Assembly: GCA_964401795.1 (NCBI GenBank)
Contig: CAYNZQ010000005.1
Location: forward strand, 49,754 to 113,753
DNA from: an uncultured Citromicrobium sp.
Lineage (GTDB): Bacteria; Pseudomonadota; Alphaproteobacteria; Sphingomonadales; Sphingomonadaceae
Length of the DNA: 64,000 bases
Direction: 5' to 3'
Part shown: positions 19,679 through 28,194 of the stretch, one piece after another
Position numbering within the stretch: position 1 is the first letter of the stretch
Layout: each line of letters opens with the position of its first letter
Made by a program: the position numbers and the translations under genes
The notes under the pieces: model-generated
What the model saw: the letters and a program-made list of their open reading frames with translations, nothing else
The model's database searches: none
What the model was told of the DNA's origin: nothing

Positions 19679-20799
19679 GCATCGCCGCCGGCTTTCGCGA
19701 CGAGATCGCGCGATTGCGGCGCACGCGGTTCGATCTCGCTCTGCTGACGGTTCTGCCGGCATTGCTGCTGGCGTCGATGGCCGCGATGATCTCTCCAGGG
19801 TCGCTCAGCGGGCTGAAGGTCGTGGTGGTCGACCGCGATGGCGGGCCGTTGGCGCGGGCGATCGTTCGCGATATCGAGGCCTCGCCCCGGCTCGAACTGG
19901 TCGGGGTGGGGGCCCAAGCCGGTCCCGCGCTGTCGGCGATCCGGCAGGAACAGGCGCAGGCGGTGGTCATTATCCCGCGCGGCGTCGGCCTGCTGCGGGG
20001 CGACGGCGCGCCGGTCGAGATCCTCTACCAGGCACAGTTCCTCGCCGCCGGATCGCTCACCTCGTCCTATGTCGAGCTTGCCGTCGGCGAGGCGCTGGCG
20101 GAGGCGACATCCCGGCAGGCGCGGGTTGGGGGGCAGGAACTGGTGCGCCGCGCCCTGCCGGGGCTGCACGTCCGGTTGCTCGGCAATCCGACGCTGAGCC
20201 TGGAATGGTATCTCGGGCTCTTAATGGGACCCGGCGTGCTCCATCTCGCCATCGCCGTCACCGCGATCGGCTCGGTCGGCCTGCTGATGGAAGACCGCTC
20301 CTTCGCCGCCTTCGCACGCAGGACCCGCGCACCGGTCGGCACGCTGGTCGGGCGGCTCGGCCCGCATGTCCTCGCCGGCACGGTGTGGGGCACCGCGTGG
20401 TTCCTCTGGCTGACGCTCGCCCGCGGCTACCGGATGGAGGGCGAGCTGGCGATCGTTGCTGCGGGGCTGTTCCTGCTGTTCGTCGCCACCGCCGCGCTCG
20501 GCCTGTTCCTGATCGCGGTCACGCGCGACGTGGCGACCGCGCTGTCGGGCGCGGTCATCGTCGCCGGATCCGCGCTTGCCTATTCGGGGGCGTCATTGCC
20601 GATCAACGGTGCGCCGTTGCTCGCGCGGCTGTGGAACGCGGCGTTGCCGCTGACGCATTATCTCCACCTGCAGATGGACGAGACAATGGGCGCCGCGCTG
20701 CGCCCGGCCCTGACGGAGGCTGCGATCCTGCTCGTTTATCCGGTCCTGCTGGGCGGGGCGGGGCTGTGGTCGATCGCGCGGGCGGGGCGCACACGATGA
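19675..20799 (+). CDS. ABC-2-type transporter permease (YbhS/YhhJ-like)
   Basis: ATG 19675 overlaps the HlyD stop. TM1 + ~150-aa periplasmic loop + C-terminal 5-TM bundle. No Walker motifs. Confidence 0.8.
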   Translation: MSIAAGFRDEIARLRRTRFDLALLTVLPALLLASMAAMISPGSLSGLKVVVVDRDGGPLARAIVRDIEASPRLELVGVGAQAGPALSAIRQEQAQAVVIIPRGVGLLRGDGAPVEILYQAQFLAAGSLTSSYVELAVGEALAEATSRQARVGGQELVRRALPGLHVRLLGNPTLSLEWYLGLLMGPGVLHLAIAVTAIGSVGLLMEDRSFAAFARRTRAPVGTLVGRLGPHVLAGTVWGTAWFLWLTLARGYRMEGELAIVAAGLFLLFVATAALGLFLIAVTRDVATALSGAVIVAGSALAYSGASLPINGAPLLARLWNAALPLTHYLHLQMDETMGAALRPALTEAAILLVYPVLLGGAGLWSIARAGRTR

Positions 20800-21908
20800 G
20801 GGCGACGATCCGTGCGTTCGAAGCGACCCTGTTCGAAATCCTCGGCGCCCGGGAGCTGCTCTCGCTCGCGATCGTGTCGGTGCTGTTCTACGCCTTCTAC
20901 TACCCCGCGCCCTATGCGCAGCAGCAGGCGCAGGCCCTGCCGATGGTGGCGGTCGACCAAGCAGACACGCCCCTGTCGCGCGCGATCGTACGCGGGCTCG
21001 GCAATACGCAAACGGTCCGGATCGTCGAGCGGGCACCCGACATGATGGCCGCGCGCGAGGCGGTTCGCCAAAGGCGGGCGGACGGCATACTCTATCTGTC
21101 GCGCGGCCTCGGCACCGCCACCCTTTCCGGGCGCCCGGGCAGCGGTATCGCGCTGATCGTGAACGGGGCCTATTTCGTGCGCGCGGAAGGCATCGCGCGC
21201 GCGCTGGGCGAGGTCGTGGTCGGCGAGGCGGACCGGCTGGGGGAGGCGTTCGGCGTATCGCCCGCCGTGAACCCCGCGGATCTGGTCAGGGTCCAACCGC
21301 TGTTCAACACCACCGGCGGCTACCGCGATTACGTCTTCCCGGCGATCGTCAACATCATCCTGCAACAAACCCTGCTTTTCGCCGCCGCGCGCATGATCGC
21401 GGAGCGGCGCCGCCATGATCGTTGGCGCCGCGGCCTTGCGCAAGCGCTGGGCGACTGGGCGGCGCTGACGCTGATCGGCGTATTCGCCGGGCTGTTCGTG
21501 TTCGGGTTCGCCTTCTGGGCGCAGGACGTGCCGCGCGCGGGAAACATCCCCGGACTGCTGATCGCGTTGCCGCTGTTCGCCGCCGCCGTGGCGGCGCTGG
21601 GGCTGGCGGTCGGCAGCCTCTTTCGCAACGGGGACGACGCCTTGAAACTGCTGATGCCGACGTCGGTCCCGCTGGTGTTCCTGGCCGGCTTCGCCTGGCC
21701 GCTCGACCAGATGCCGCGCTGGCTGGAGGCGCTGTCGTGGTTGTCGCCGGCCACGGTCGCGATGCACCTGTTCGTGCGCTTCAACCAGATGGGCGCGTCC
21801 CTCTCGGAGGCGAGGGGGCCGTTGATGGGCATGGCTGCCCTGGCGATCGTCTTCGGCGCGTGGTGGGTCATCCGTGGCGGTAGGAGCGGGGCCGAGGCCG
21901 CGCGTTAG
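20796..21908 (+). CDS. ABC-2-type transporter permease (YbhR/YhhJ-like), paralog of the preceding gene
   Basis: ATG 20796 overlaps the preceding stop. Same architecture as the upstream permease. Confidence 0.8.
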   Translation: MRATIRAFEATLFEILGARELLSLAIVSVLFYAFYYPAPYAQQQAQALPMVAVDQADTPLSRAIVRGLGNTQTVRIVERAPDMMAAREAVRQRRADGILYLSRGLGTATLSGRPGSGIALIVNGAYFVRAEGIARALGEVVVGEADRLGEAFGVSPAVNPADLVRVQPLFNTTGGYRDYVFPAIVNIILQQTLLFAAARMIAERRRHDRWRRGLAQALGDWAALTLIGVFAGLFVFGFAFWAQDVPRAGNIPGLLIALPLFAAAVAALGLAVGSLFRNGDDALKLLMPTSVPLVFLAGFAWPLDQMPRWLEALSWLSPATVAMHLFVRFNQMGASLSEARGPLMGMAALAIVFGAWWVIRGGRSGAEAAR

Positions 21909-21933
21909 GCGGGACGATCCCGCCTAACGCGCC
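21901..21933. terminator. perfect 14-bp-stem hairpin between convergent genes (putative bidirectional terminator)
   Basis: GCGCGTTAGGCGGG-acgat-CCCGCCTAACGCGC. It embeds the stop of the permease gene and abuts the stop of the hydratase gene. No U-tract. Confidence 0.55.
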
Positions 21934-21934
21934 C

Positions 21935-22723
21935 TCATTTGGGGGCGCCGGTCACGCCGGCGGCGATGTCGCCGATACCGTCGAAGCTCGCGATCGCTTG
22001 CTGCCCGGCGGATATCGGGTGGACGCCGGTGATCGCGCCGCTCGAAACCCACCATCCGGCTTGCGGGGCTATCCCGCGTTCCGCCAGATTGGCGAGGAGG
22101 AAGCGCACCGCGCCGAACGGCCCGTCCAGCATGGTGGCGGTGGAGGCGCGGCCCACCTCGGTGCCCTCGATGGCGAGCGAGACCTCGATCGTATCGAGCG
22201 CCTGCCACCGGTCGGTCGGCACGCGCGTGCCCAGCAGCAGTCCGGCATTGTTGCCGTGGTCGGAGACGGTGACGCACGGCCCGTCCTCGTTGATGCGAGG
22301 GTAGGGGGAAGAGGCCACTTCCATGCCGATGCGGATTTCGTCGACCCAGCCCATGGCTTCTTCGCGCGTGGCGGGCGGGGCGGCGTCGCGGGGGGCGAGC
22401 CGCAGCATGAATTCCGCCTCGATGGCGGCGAACCCCCGCTCGAAGATCGGGAATTGGGCGACGCCCGCGCCCTCTTCCTCGACCGTGTCCGAGAACACCG
22501 GGCCGATCAGCCGGTCGGCGCCCAGCGCATCGCTGAGGGGCGGGCCGATCTTACCCACTTTCCAGCCGCCCACTGGACGATTCCAGAGGGCGAGGGCGCA
22601 ATCCTGGATCGCGTAGGCGGATTTCAAATCTTGCGGCCGTTCGCCGGGATACTCCGCGATCGGCTGCCACGCGCGGCGCGCTTCCACAAATGCCGCTGCT
22701 ATCTCGCGTGTCGCGCTATTCAT
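21935..22723 (-). CDS. 2-keto-4-pentenoate hydratase (MhpD/HpcG) family protein
   Basis: ATG 22723 within ORF 21935..22795. Contains AYAIQD...GGWKVGKIG..., GIEAEF..-type pattern of the FAH-fold hydratase/decarboxylase family. Confidence 0.75.
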   Translation of the reverse strand: MNSATREIAAAFVEARRAWQPIAEYPGERPQDLKSAYAIQDCALALWNRPVGGWKVGKIGPPLSDALGADRLIGPVFSDTVEEEGAGVAQFPIFERGFAAIEAEFMLRLAPRDAAPPATREEAMGWVDEIRIGMEVASSPYPRINEDGPCVTVSDHGNNAGLLLGTRVPTDRWQALDTIEVSLAIEGTEVGRASTATMLDGPFGAVRFLLANLAERGIAPQAGWWVSSGAITGVHPISAGQQAIASFDGIGDIAAGVTGAPK

Positions 22724-22773
22724 CTCAGCCTTTCCCCCCGTGCAACTAGGTATCGGGGCGGTTCTGGCGAAAA

Positions 22774-22788
22774 TGGACACCGGTGTCA
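22774..22788. promoter_or_regulatory. LacI-type operator candidate, site 1 (TGGACACCGGTGTCA; perfect palindrome GACACCGGTGTC)
   Basis: Lies in the divergent gap between the hydratase and LacI genes. One of five copies of GACACCGGT in promoter gaps of the locus. Confidence 0.65.
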
Positions 22789-22939
22789 AAACCAATCTGG
22801 TGCGGGGTCGGCGCGCGGCATGGATCGGCGCGGTGGCAACGGGCGCCTCTATCGTGTTGCTTCACAAAAGGTTCGCAATCGGCGACCGGCAAGCTATCGT
22901 CGTACACTCACCATCGGCAGGATTGGCGGAAAGATCGAG

Positions 22940-23965
22940 ATGAGCAAACACGGTGCGGCACCGACGATCAACGATGTCGCGCGCGAAGCCGGGGTGTCCA
23001 AGAAGACGGTCAGCCGGGTCATCAACCGCTCCCCCCTGTTGAAGGCGGAAACGCGCGAGAAGGTGGAGCGGGTGATCGCGGAACTGGGCTACACTCCCAA
23101 TCCGCAGGCCCGCGCGCTTGCGCTGCGGCGCAACTTCCTTCTCGGCCTGCTGCATCACAACCCCAACGCGCAGACCGTGCTGAACTTTCAGGAGGGGGTG
23201 CTCGACGCGATCCGCAGTACCGAGTTCGCGCTAGTCGTTCGCCCCGTCGACCGGCATTCGCCCGATATGCTGGACGACGTCCGCCGCTTCCTGGAATTGC
23301 AGCGCCTCTACGGGGTGCTGCTGCTCCCCCCGATTTCGGAAAACGACGAGCTGGCGGCGCTCTGCCGGGAGGTCGGCTGCGGCTACGTCCGGATGGGGTC
23401 GGCGGCGCTGGACGAGGCGGAGCATCTGGTTCAGTCGAACGATCGCGAGGCGGTGGAGGCGGTGGTCGACCATCTGGTCGAACTGGGCCACCGGCGCATC
23501 GCCATTATCTGCGGGCCCGAGGGGTTCCGTTCCGCGCTGGAGCGGCGCGAGGGCTTTCTCGCGGCGATGCACCGGCACGGTCTGGAGGTGCCGGAAAGTG
23601 CGATGGCGCCCGGGACCTACCGGTTCAATTCGGGGATGGAGGCCGCCGCACAGCTGCTGTCCGGGGACAGGCGGCCCACCGCGATCTTCGCCAGCAACGA
23701 CGAGATGGCGTCCGGCGCCTTCCATGCCGCGCGCGAACGCGGGATCGCGGTACCGGGCGATCTGTCCATCGTCGGGTTCGACGATTCCCCCATCGCCGCG
23801 CATATCTGGCCTCCGATGACGACGGTCGGCTGGCCGATCCGGGAGATGGGCCGCGCCGCGGCGCTGAAACTGGTCGCGCCGGATCACGAACTGGCAGCCC
23901 CGTCGCAATTTCCCGCGCGTCTGGTGCGCCGCGAGTCCGTGGCACCGCCGCCGGACGATTTCTAG
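22940..23965 (+). CDS. LacI-family transcriptional regulator
   Basis: MSKHGAAPTINDVAREAGVSKKTVSRVINRSP...REKVERVIAELGYTPNPQARALA HTH, followed by a periplasmic-binding-protein-like sugar-binding fold (FASNDEMA..., IVGFDD). Confidence 0.9.
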   Translation: MSKHGAAPTINDVAREAGVSKKTVSRVINRSPLLKAETREKVERVIAELGYTPNPQARALALRRNFLLGLLHHNPNAQTVLNFQEGVLDAIRSTEFALVVRPVDRHSPDMLDDVRRFLELQRLYGVLLLPPISENDELAALCREVGCGYVRMGSAALDEAEHLVQSNDREAVEAVVDHLVELGHRRIAIICGPEGFRSALERREGFLAAMHRHGLEVPESAMAPGTYRFNSGMEAAAQLLSGDRRPTAIFASNDEMASGAFHAARERGIAVPGDLSIVGFDDSPIAAHIWPPMTTVGWPIREMGRAAALKLVAPDHELAAPSQFPARLVRRESVAPPPDDF

Positions 23966-24011
23966 ACAGGGGCGGTTGAAACGCGGGCGGATTTGTGGGT
24001 ACTACTGTCCA

Positions 24012-24025
24012 TGACACCGGTTTCC
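24012..24025. promoter_or_regulatory. LacI-type operator candidate, site 2 (TGACACCGGTTTCC)
   Basis: 62 bp upstream of the rpiB-like/kduD/kdgK/esterase operon start. Confidence 0.6.
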
Positions 24026-24086
24026 CAATCGAATCGAACGGGAGCCGACCGCATTACACAAGCTCTTGCGAGCGGGAGAGACCCCT

Positions 24087-24719
24087 ATGAAAATCGCCCT
24101 CATCACCGAGAACAGCCAGGCCGCCAAGAACGGCATCATTCACGAAGCTCTGACCACGGTGGCCGAGCCGTTCGGCCACGAAGTCCACAATTACGGGATG
24201 TACACGGCCGAGGATGGCGCCTCCCTGACCTACGTCATGAACGGCCTGCTGACGGGCATCCTGCTCAATTCCGGGGCGGCCGATTTCGTCGTCACTGGGT
24301 GCGGGACCGGCATGGGATCGATGCTGGCATGCAATTCGATGCCGGGCGTCTTCTGCGGTCTGGTGATCGACCCGACCGACGCGTTCCTGTTCAGCCAGAT
24401 CAATGCCGGCAACGCGATCTCGATGCCTTACGCGAAGGGTTTCGGCTGGGCAGCCGAGCTCAATCTACAGGATTGCTACCGCAAGCTGTTCGAGACCGAG
24501 CCCGGTCTCGGATATCCGAAGGAGCGGGCCGAGATTATGAAGAAGAACCGCGGTGTCCTGTCGGACCTGAAGCAGGCGACCTGCCACGACATGCTGACGG
24601 TCCTCGAATCGGTCGATCAGGACCTGCTCAAGGCCGCGATCGCGGGTGAGAAATTCGAAGAGCTGTTCTACGCCAATTCGCAGGACGAGCAGATCAGCGA
24701 CTATCTGCGCGCGCTCTGA
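24087..24719 (+). CDS. RpiB/LacA/LacB-family sugar isomerase, long (~210 aa) DhuI-type; probable 4-deoxy-L-threo-5-hexosulose-uronate isomerase
   Basis: MKIALITENSQAAKNGII...DFVVTGCGTGMGSMLACNSMPGV...NAISMPYAKGFGW. Sits immediately upstream of kduD. No cupin-type kduI in the window. Confidence 0.75.
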   Translation: MKIALITENSQAAKNGIIHEALTTVAEPFGHEVHNYGMYTAEDGASLTYVMNGLLTGILLNSGAADFVVTGCGTGMGSMLACNSMPGVFCGLVIDPTDAFLFSQINAGNAISMPYAKGFGWAAELNLQDCYRKLFETEPGLGYPKERAEIMKKNRGVLSDLKQATCHDMLTVLESVDQDLLKAAIAGEKFEELFYANSQDEQISDYLRAL

Positions 24720-24742
24720 GCCGTAGGGTAACGAACGACAAG

Positions 24743-24783
24743 CCATCGGGGACGTGCGCCGGAAACGGCGGCGTTGCCGATGG
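24743..24783 (+). other. intercistronic imperfect stem-loop (GAAA tetraloop) between the isomerase gene and kduD
   Basis: Outer arms CCATCGG / CCGATGG, inner stem CGCCG-gaaa-CGGCG, intervening positions mostly pair (A-T, C-G, G-C, two G-T). Confidence 0.4.
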
Positions 24784-24807
24784 AAATGGACTGAGCGGGG
24801 GAGCGCT

Positions 24808-25581
24808 ATGACGACCAGTGTTTTCGATCTAACCGGGCGGGTCGCGCTCGTGACCGGCGCCAATACCGGCATCGGCCAGGGCATCGCCATCGCGCTGGCG
24901 CGCGCCGGGGCGGATATCGCCGCGGTGGGGCGCAGCGAGGCCACCGAGACGGCAGAGCAGGTGCGCGCCCTCGGGCGCCGGTGCGAAATCGTGTCGGCCG
25001 ATCTGTCGACGATCGCGCCGGTCGAAACGGTCGTGAATACGGTGGTCGAAAAGCTCGGCCGACTGGACATCCTGGTTAACAATGCCGGCATCATCCGCCG
25101 CGACGATGCGCTGGATTTCTCGGAAAGCGATTGGGACGCGGTGATGGATACCAACCTCAAATCGCTGTTCTTCCTGTCGCAGGCGGCGGCGCGGCACATG
25201 ACCGGCTGGGCCAGCCAGTCGGGCGACCGGGCGAAGATCATCAACATCGCATCCATGCTGACCTTCCAGGGCGGGATCCGCGTGCCCAGCTACACGGCCA
25301 GCAAGAGCGGCGTCGGCGGTCTGACCAAGCTGCTCGCCAATGAATGGGCGCCCAAGGGCATCAACGTGAATGCCATCGCGCCCGGCTACATCGCGACGAA
25401 CAATACCGCGGCGTTGCAGGCCGACGAAACGCGCAATCGCCAGATCCTCGAACGCATACCGGAACAACGCTGGGGCGATCCCTCCGACATCGGGGGCGCC
25501 GCCGTCTTCCTCGCCAGCCGTGCGGCCGATTACGTGCAGGGTCATATCCTGGCCGTCGACGGCGGTTGGCTGGCGCGATGA
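24808..25581 (+). CDS. kduD: 2-dehydro-3-deoxy-D-gluconate 5-dehydrogenase
   Basis: Near-colinear with my recollection of E. coli KduD: VTGANTGIGQG..., IINIASMLTFQGGIRVPSYTASKSG..., NVNAIAPGYIATNNT..., AVDGGWLAR. Confidence 0.9.
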   Translation: MTTSVFDLTGRVALVTGANTGIGQGIAIALARAGADIAAVGRSEATETAEQVRALGRRCEIVSADLSTIAPVETVVNTVVEKLGRLDILVNNAGIIRRDDALDFSESDWDAVMDTNLKSLFFLSQAAARHMTGWASQSGDRAKIINIASMLTFQGGIRVPSYTASKSGVGGLTKLLANEWAPKGINVNAIAPGYIATNNTAALQADETRNRQILERIPEQRWGDPSDIGGAAVFLASRAADYVQGHILAVDGGWLAR

Positions 25582-26603
25582 CCGCCCTGCCGGAAAGCGG
25601 GCATGTGGCCTGCTTCGGCGAATTGTTGCTGCGGCTCTCGCCCGCGCCGGGCAAGCCGCTGTCCCGTGCCGACGGGCTGGATCTTGCGGTCGGCGGCGCT
25701 GAGGCGAACGTCGCGATCGCTCTCGCGAGCCTTGGCGTTCCGACCCGCATGCTCGGCGTCCTGCCCGACAATCCGCTCGGCCTGCGCGCCCTCGCCGCGC
25801 TGAGGGAGGCCGGGGTCGATACCGGCGCGATGCGGCGTGCCGCAGGGCGAATGGGCCTGTATTTCTTCGAACCGCCCAGCGGACCCGTAGGCGGGCGCGT
25901 CACCTACGACCGCGCGGGAAGCGCGTTCGCGCTCGCGCAGCCCGAAGACATGAATTTCGCCGCGGCGCTACAGGGCGCGCGTCTCCTGCATCTCTCAGGC
26001 ATCACGCCCGCCCTCGGGCCCGGTGGGACACGGTTGGCGCTGGCCGCAGCCGAGGCGGCGGCGGATGCAGGGGTTCCGATCTGTTTCGACGGAAACTACC
26101 GCGCCAATTTGTGGGACGGGTGGGACGGCGATCCGCGCGCCACGCTCAATCGGCTGGTCCGCCAGGCGACCGTCCTCATCGGCAACCACCGCGACATCTC
26201 GCTGCTGCTGGGCGAAAGCTTCTCGGGTGACGGGCCGGACCGGCGCCGGGAAGCTGCTGAGGCCGCCTTTGCCGCTTTCCCCAAGCTGAAGCTGATCGCA
26301 TCCACCGCGCGCCATGTGGAGAGCGCGACGTGCCACCGGCTGGCCGCACGGATCGATCGGCGCGAGGATCACTGGCAGACGGAAGAGGTGCGCATCGCAC
26401 CCATCGTCGATCGCATCGGAACCGGCGATGCATTCGCCGCCGGGGTCCTGCTCCGCTGGCTGGAGGACGGCTCGGCGCAGGACATGGCCAAGAGCGGCCT
26501 TTCGCTCGCGGTGATGAAGCATGGCGTACCGGGGGACGCAATCGCGGTGACCCGCGCCGATCTCGACGCTTTCGATCCTGGAGGTACGGATGTCCGCCGC
26601 TGA
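25578..26603 (+). CDS. kdgK: 2-dehydro-3-deoxygluconokinase (PfkB family)
   Basis: ATG 25578 overlaps the kduD stop. GGAEANVAIALASLG and DRIGTGDAFAAG PfkB motifs. Context supports the call. Confidence 0.8.
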   Translation: MTALPESGHVACFGELLLRLSPAPGKPLSRADGLDLAVGGAEANVAIALASLGVPTRMLGVLPDNPLGLRALAALREAGVDTGAMRRAAGRMGLYFFEPPSGPVGGRVTYDRAGSAFALAQPEDMNFAAALQGARLLHLSGITPALGPGGTRLALAAAEAAADAGVPICFDGNYRANLWDGWDGDPRATLNRLVRQATVLIGNHRDISLLLGESFSGDGPDRRREAAEAAFAAFPKLKLIASTARHVESATCHRLAARIDRREDHWQTEEVRIAPIVDRIGTGDAFAAGVLLRWLEDGSAQDMAKSGLSLAVMKHGVPGDAIAVTRADLDAFDPGGTDVRR

Positions 26604-28161
26604 CGGCATTACTCGCAGAGCGGCGCTTGGCCGCACAATCGCCGGGGCCGCGCTGATGGGCGCGCCGGGCCTCGCCGCCGCCGCTGCGGGACGGGAGGGC
26701 GATCCCGAAGTTCTGAATTACCGTGGCTTCGTGGATCGCGGCACGCCTGCCTTCTATGGTATCCGCTATGCGCGCGCCGCCCGGTTCGCGGTGCCGGTGC
26801 GCGAGCCGTTGCCGACCGAACCCACGCCCGCAACCGCGTTCGGCCCGCTGTGTCCGCAGCGCGGCGTCGAAGCCGGCGAGGCAAGCGAGGATTGCCTGTT
26901 CCTCAACATCTGGACGCCCGAGCCGCGCCGGGGCGCGCGGCGACCGGTCATGGTCTATTTTCACGGCGGGGCCTACAACGGCGGCACCGTTACCGATCCC
27001 CTGACCCAGGGCCCACATCTGGCGGCGCAGGGCGACAGCGTCGTCGTCACGGTCAATCATCGCCTCAATGCCTTCGGCTACGCGTGGCTCGAACCCTTCG
27101 GAGGACGGTTTCGTCACAGCGGCAATGCGGGGCAGTTGGACCTTATCTGCGCGCTCGAATGGGTGCGCGATCACATCGCGGCGTTCGGCGGCGATCCTGC
27201 GCGGGTGATGGTGTTCGGCCAGTCCGGCGGCGGGGCGAAGATCGCCACCCTGATGGCGATGCCCGAGGCCGAGGGCTTGTTCCATTCCGCCGCGACGATG
27301 AGCGGCCAGCAGGTCGTGGGGCAGGGACCGGGCAATGCGTGGAAGCGTACGCAGGCCTATCTCGCCGCCCTCGGCGTGGCGCAGGACGATCCGGGCGCGT
27401 TGCTGACGGTACCGGTCGAGCGGATGGTCGAGGCACTGCCGGCGACCGATCCGATCCTTGGCGGCGGGCTCTATTTCGGGCCTGTGCTGGACATGGTGCA
27501 TCTGCCGCGTCACCCGTTCTGGCCCGATGCCGCGCCGCAATCGCTTCGTATCCCCATGATCTTGGGCAATACGACCGACGAGACGCGCGCCTTCATCGAT
27601 CCCGACGGGCCGATGTTGGCGGGAATCGACTGGGCCAACCTGCCGGAGCGCTTGGCCCCCAATATCCGCATCGACCTGCGGCCCGACTGGGTGGCGGCAC
27701 AGTATCGCGCGCACTTTCCGGACTGGTCGCCCACTCAGATATTCTACGCCGCGACGACGGCGGGCCGCAGCTGGCCGGGCCAGGTCATAGAGGCCGACGA
27801 GCGGGCGCGGGCGGGCGCCGATGCGACCTGGGTCTATCAACTCGACCGCGAGAGCCCGATCGATCCGCAGCGGGGCGCAGCACATACCGACGACCTGCCC
27901 TATGTCTTCGGGACGCTGGACGCGCCCGGAAGCTATTCGGGAACAGGCAAGCGTGCGCGGGAAATCAGCGCCGCGATGATTGCGGCCTTCAGCGGGCTTG
28001 CACGGACCGGGCGACCCGGCCTTTCCGATTGGCGACCCTACGACCTGCCCGATCGGGCCACGCTGGTGGTGGCGCAGGACCGGATCGCCACGCAGAACGA
28101 TCCGCGCCGCTGGCAGCGCGAATTGTGGGCAAGGGCGCCTTACATCCAGCCGGGTATCTGA
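26590..28161 (+). CDS. type-B carboxylesterase/lipase family protein with Tat-type signal
   Basis: TRRAALGRTIAGAALMGAPGLAAA signal. EDCLFLNIWTP, VYFHGGAY, FGQSGGG nucleophile elbow. Overlaps the kdgK end by 14 nt. Confidence 0.85.
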   Translation: MSAADGITRRAALGRTIAGAALMGAPGLAAAAAGREGDPEVLNYRGFVDRGTPAFYGIRYARAARFAVPVREPLPTEPTPATAFGPLCPQRGVEAGEASEDCLFLNIWTPEPRRGARRPVMVYFHGGAYNGGTVTDPLTQGPHLAAQGDSVVVTVNHRLNAFGYAWLEPFGGRFRHSGNAGQLDLICALEWVRDHIAAFGGDPARVMVFGQSGGGAKIATLMAMPEAEGLFHSAATMSGQQVVGQGPGNAWKRTQAYLAALGVAQDDPGALLTVPVERMVEALPATDPILGGGLYFGPVLDMVHLPRHPFWPDAAPQSLRIPMILGNTTDETRAFIDPDGPMLAGIDWANLPERLAPNIRIDLRPDWVAAQYRAHFPDWSPTQIFYAATTAGRSWPGQVIEADERARAGADATWVYQLDRESPIDPQRGAAHTDDLPYVFGTLDAPGSYSGTGKRAREISAAMIAAFSGLARTGRPGLSDWRPYDLPDRATLVVAQDRIATQNDPRRWQRELWARAPYIQPGI

Positions 28162-28194
28162 TCCTGCCCGCAGTTGGGCAGTGCGCGGCGTCGC

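Noticed and set aside
14847-21934. Possible genomic islet inserted at tRNA-Leu (sensor-like gene + efflux operon)
   Set aside because: There is no integrase, excisionase or transposase. I saw no direct repeat of the tRNA 3' end near 21.9 kb. I cannot compute composition rigorously by eye. It may still be accessory DNA, but mobility is not supported.
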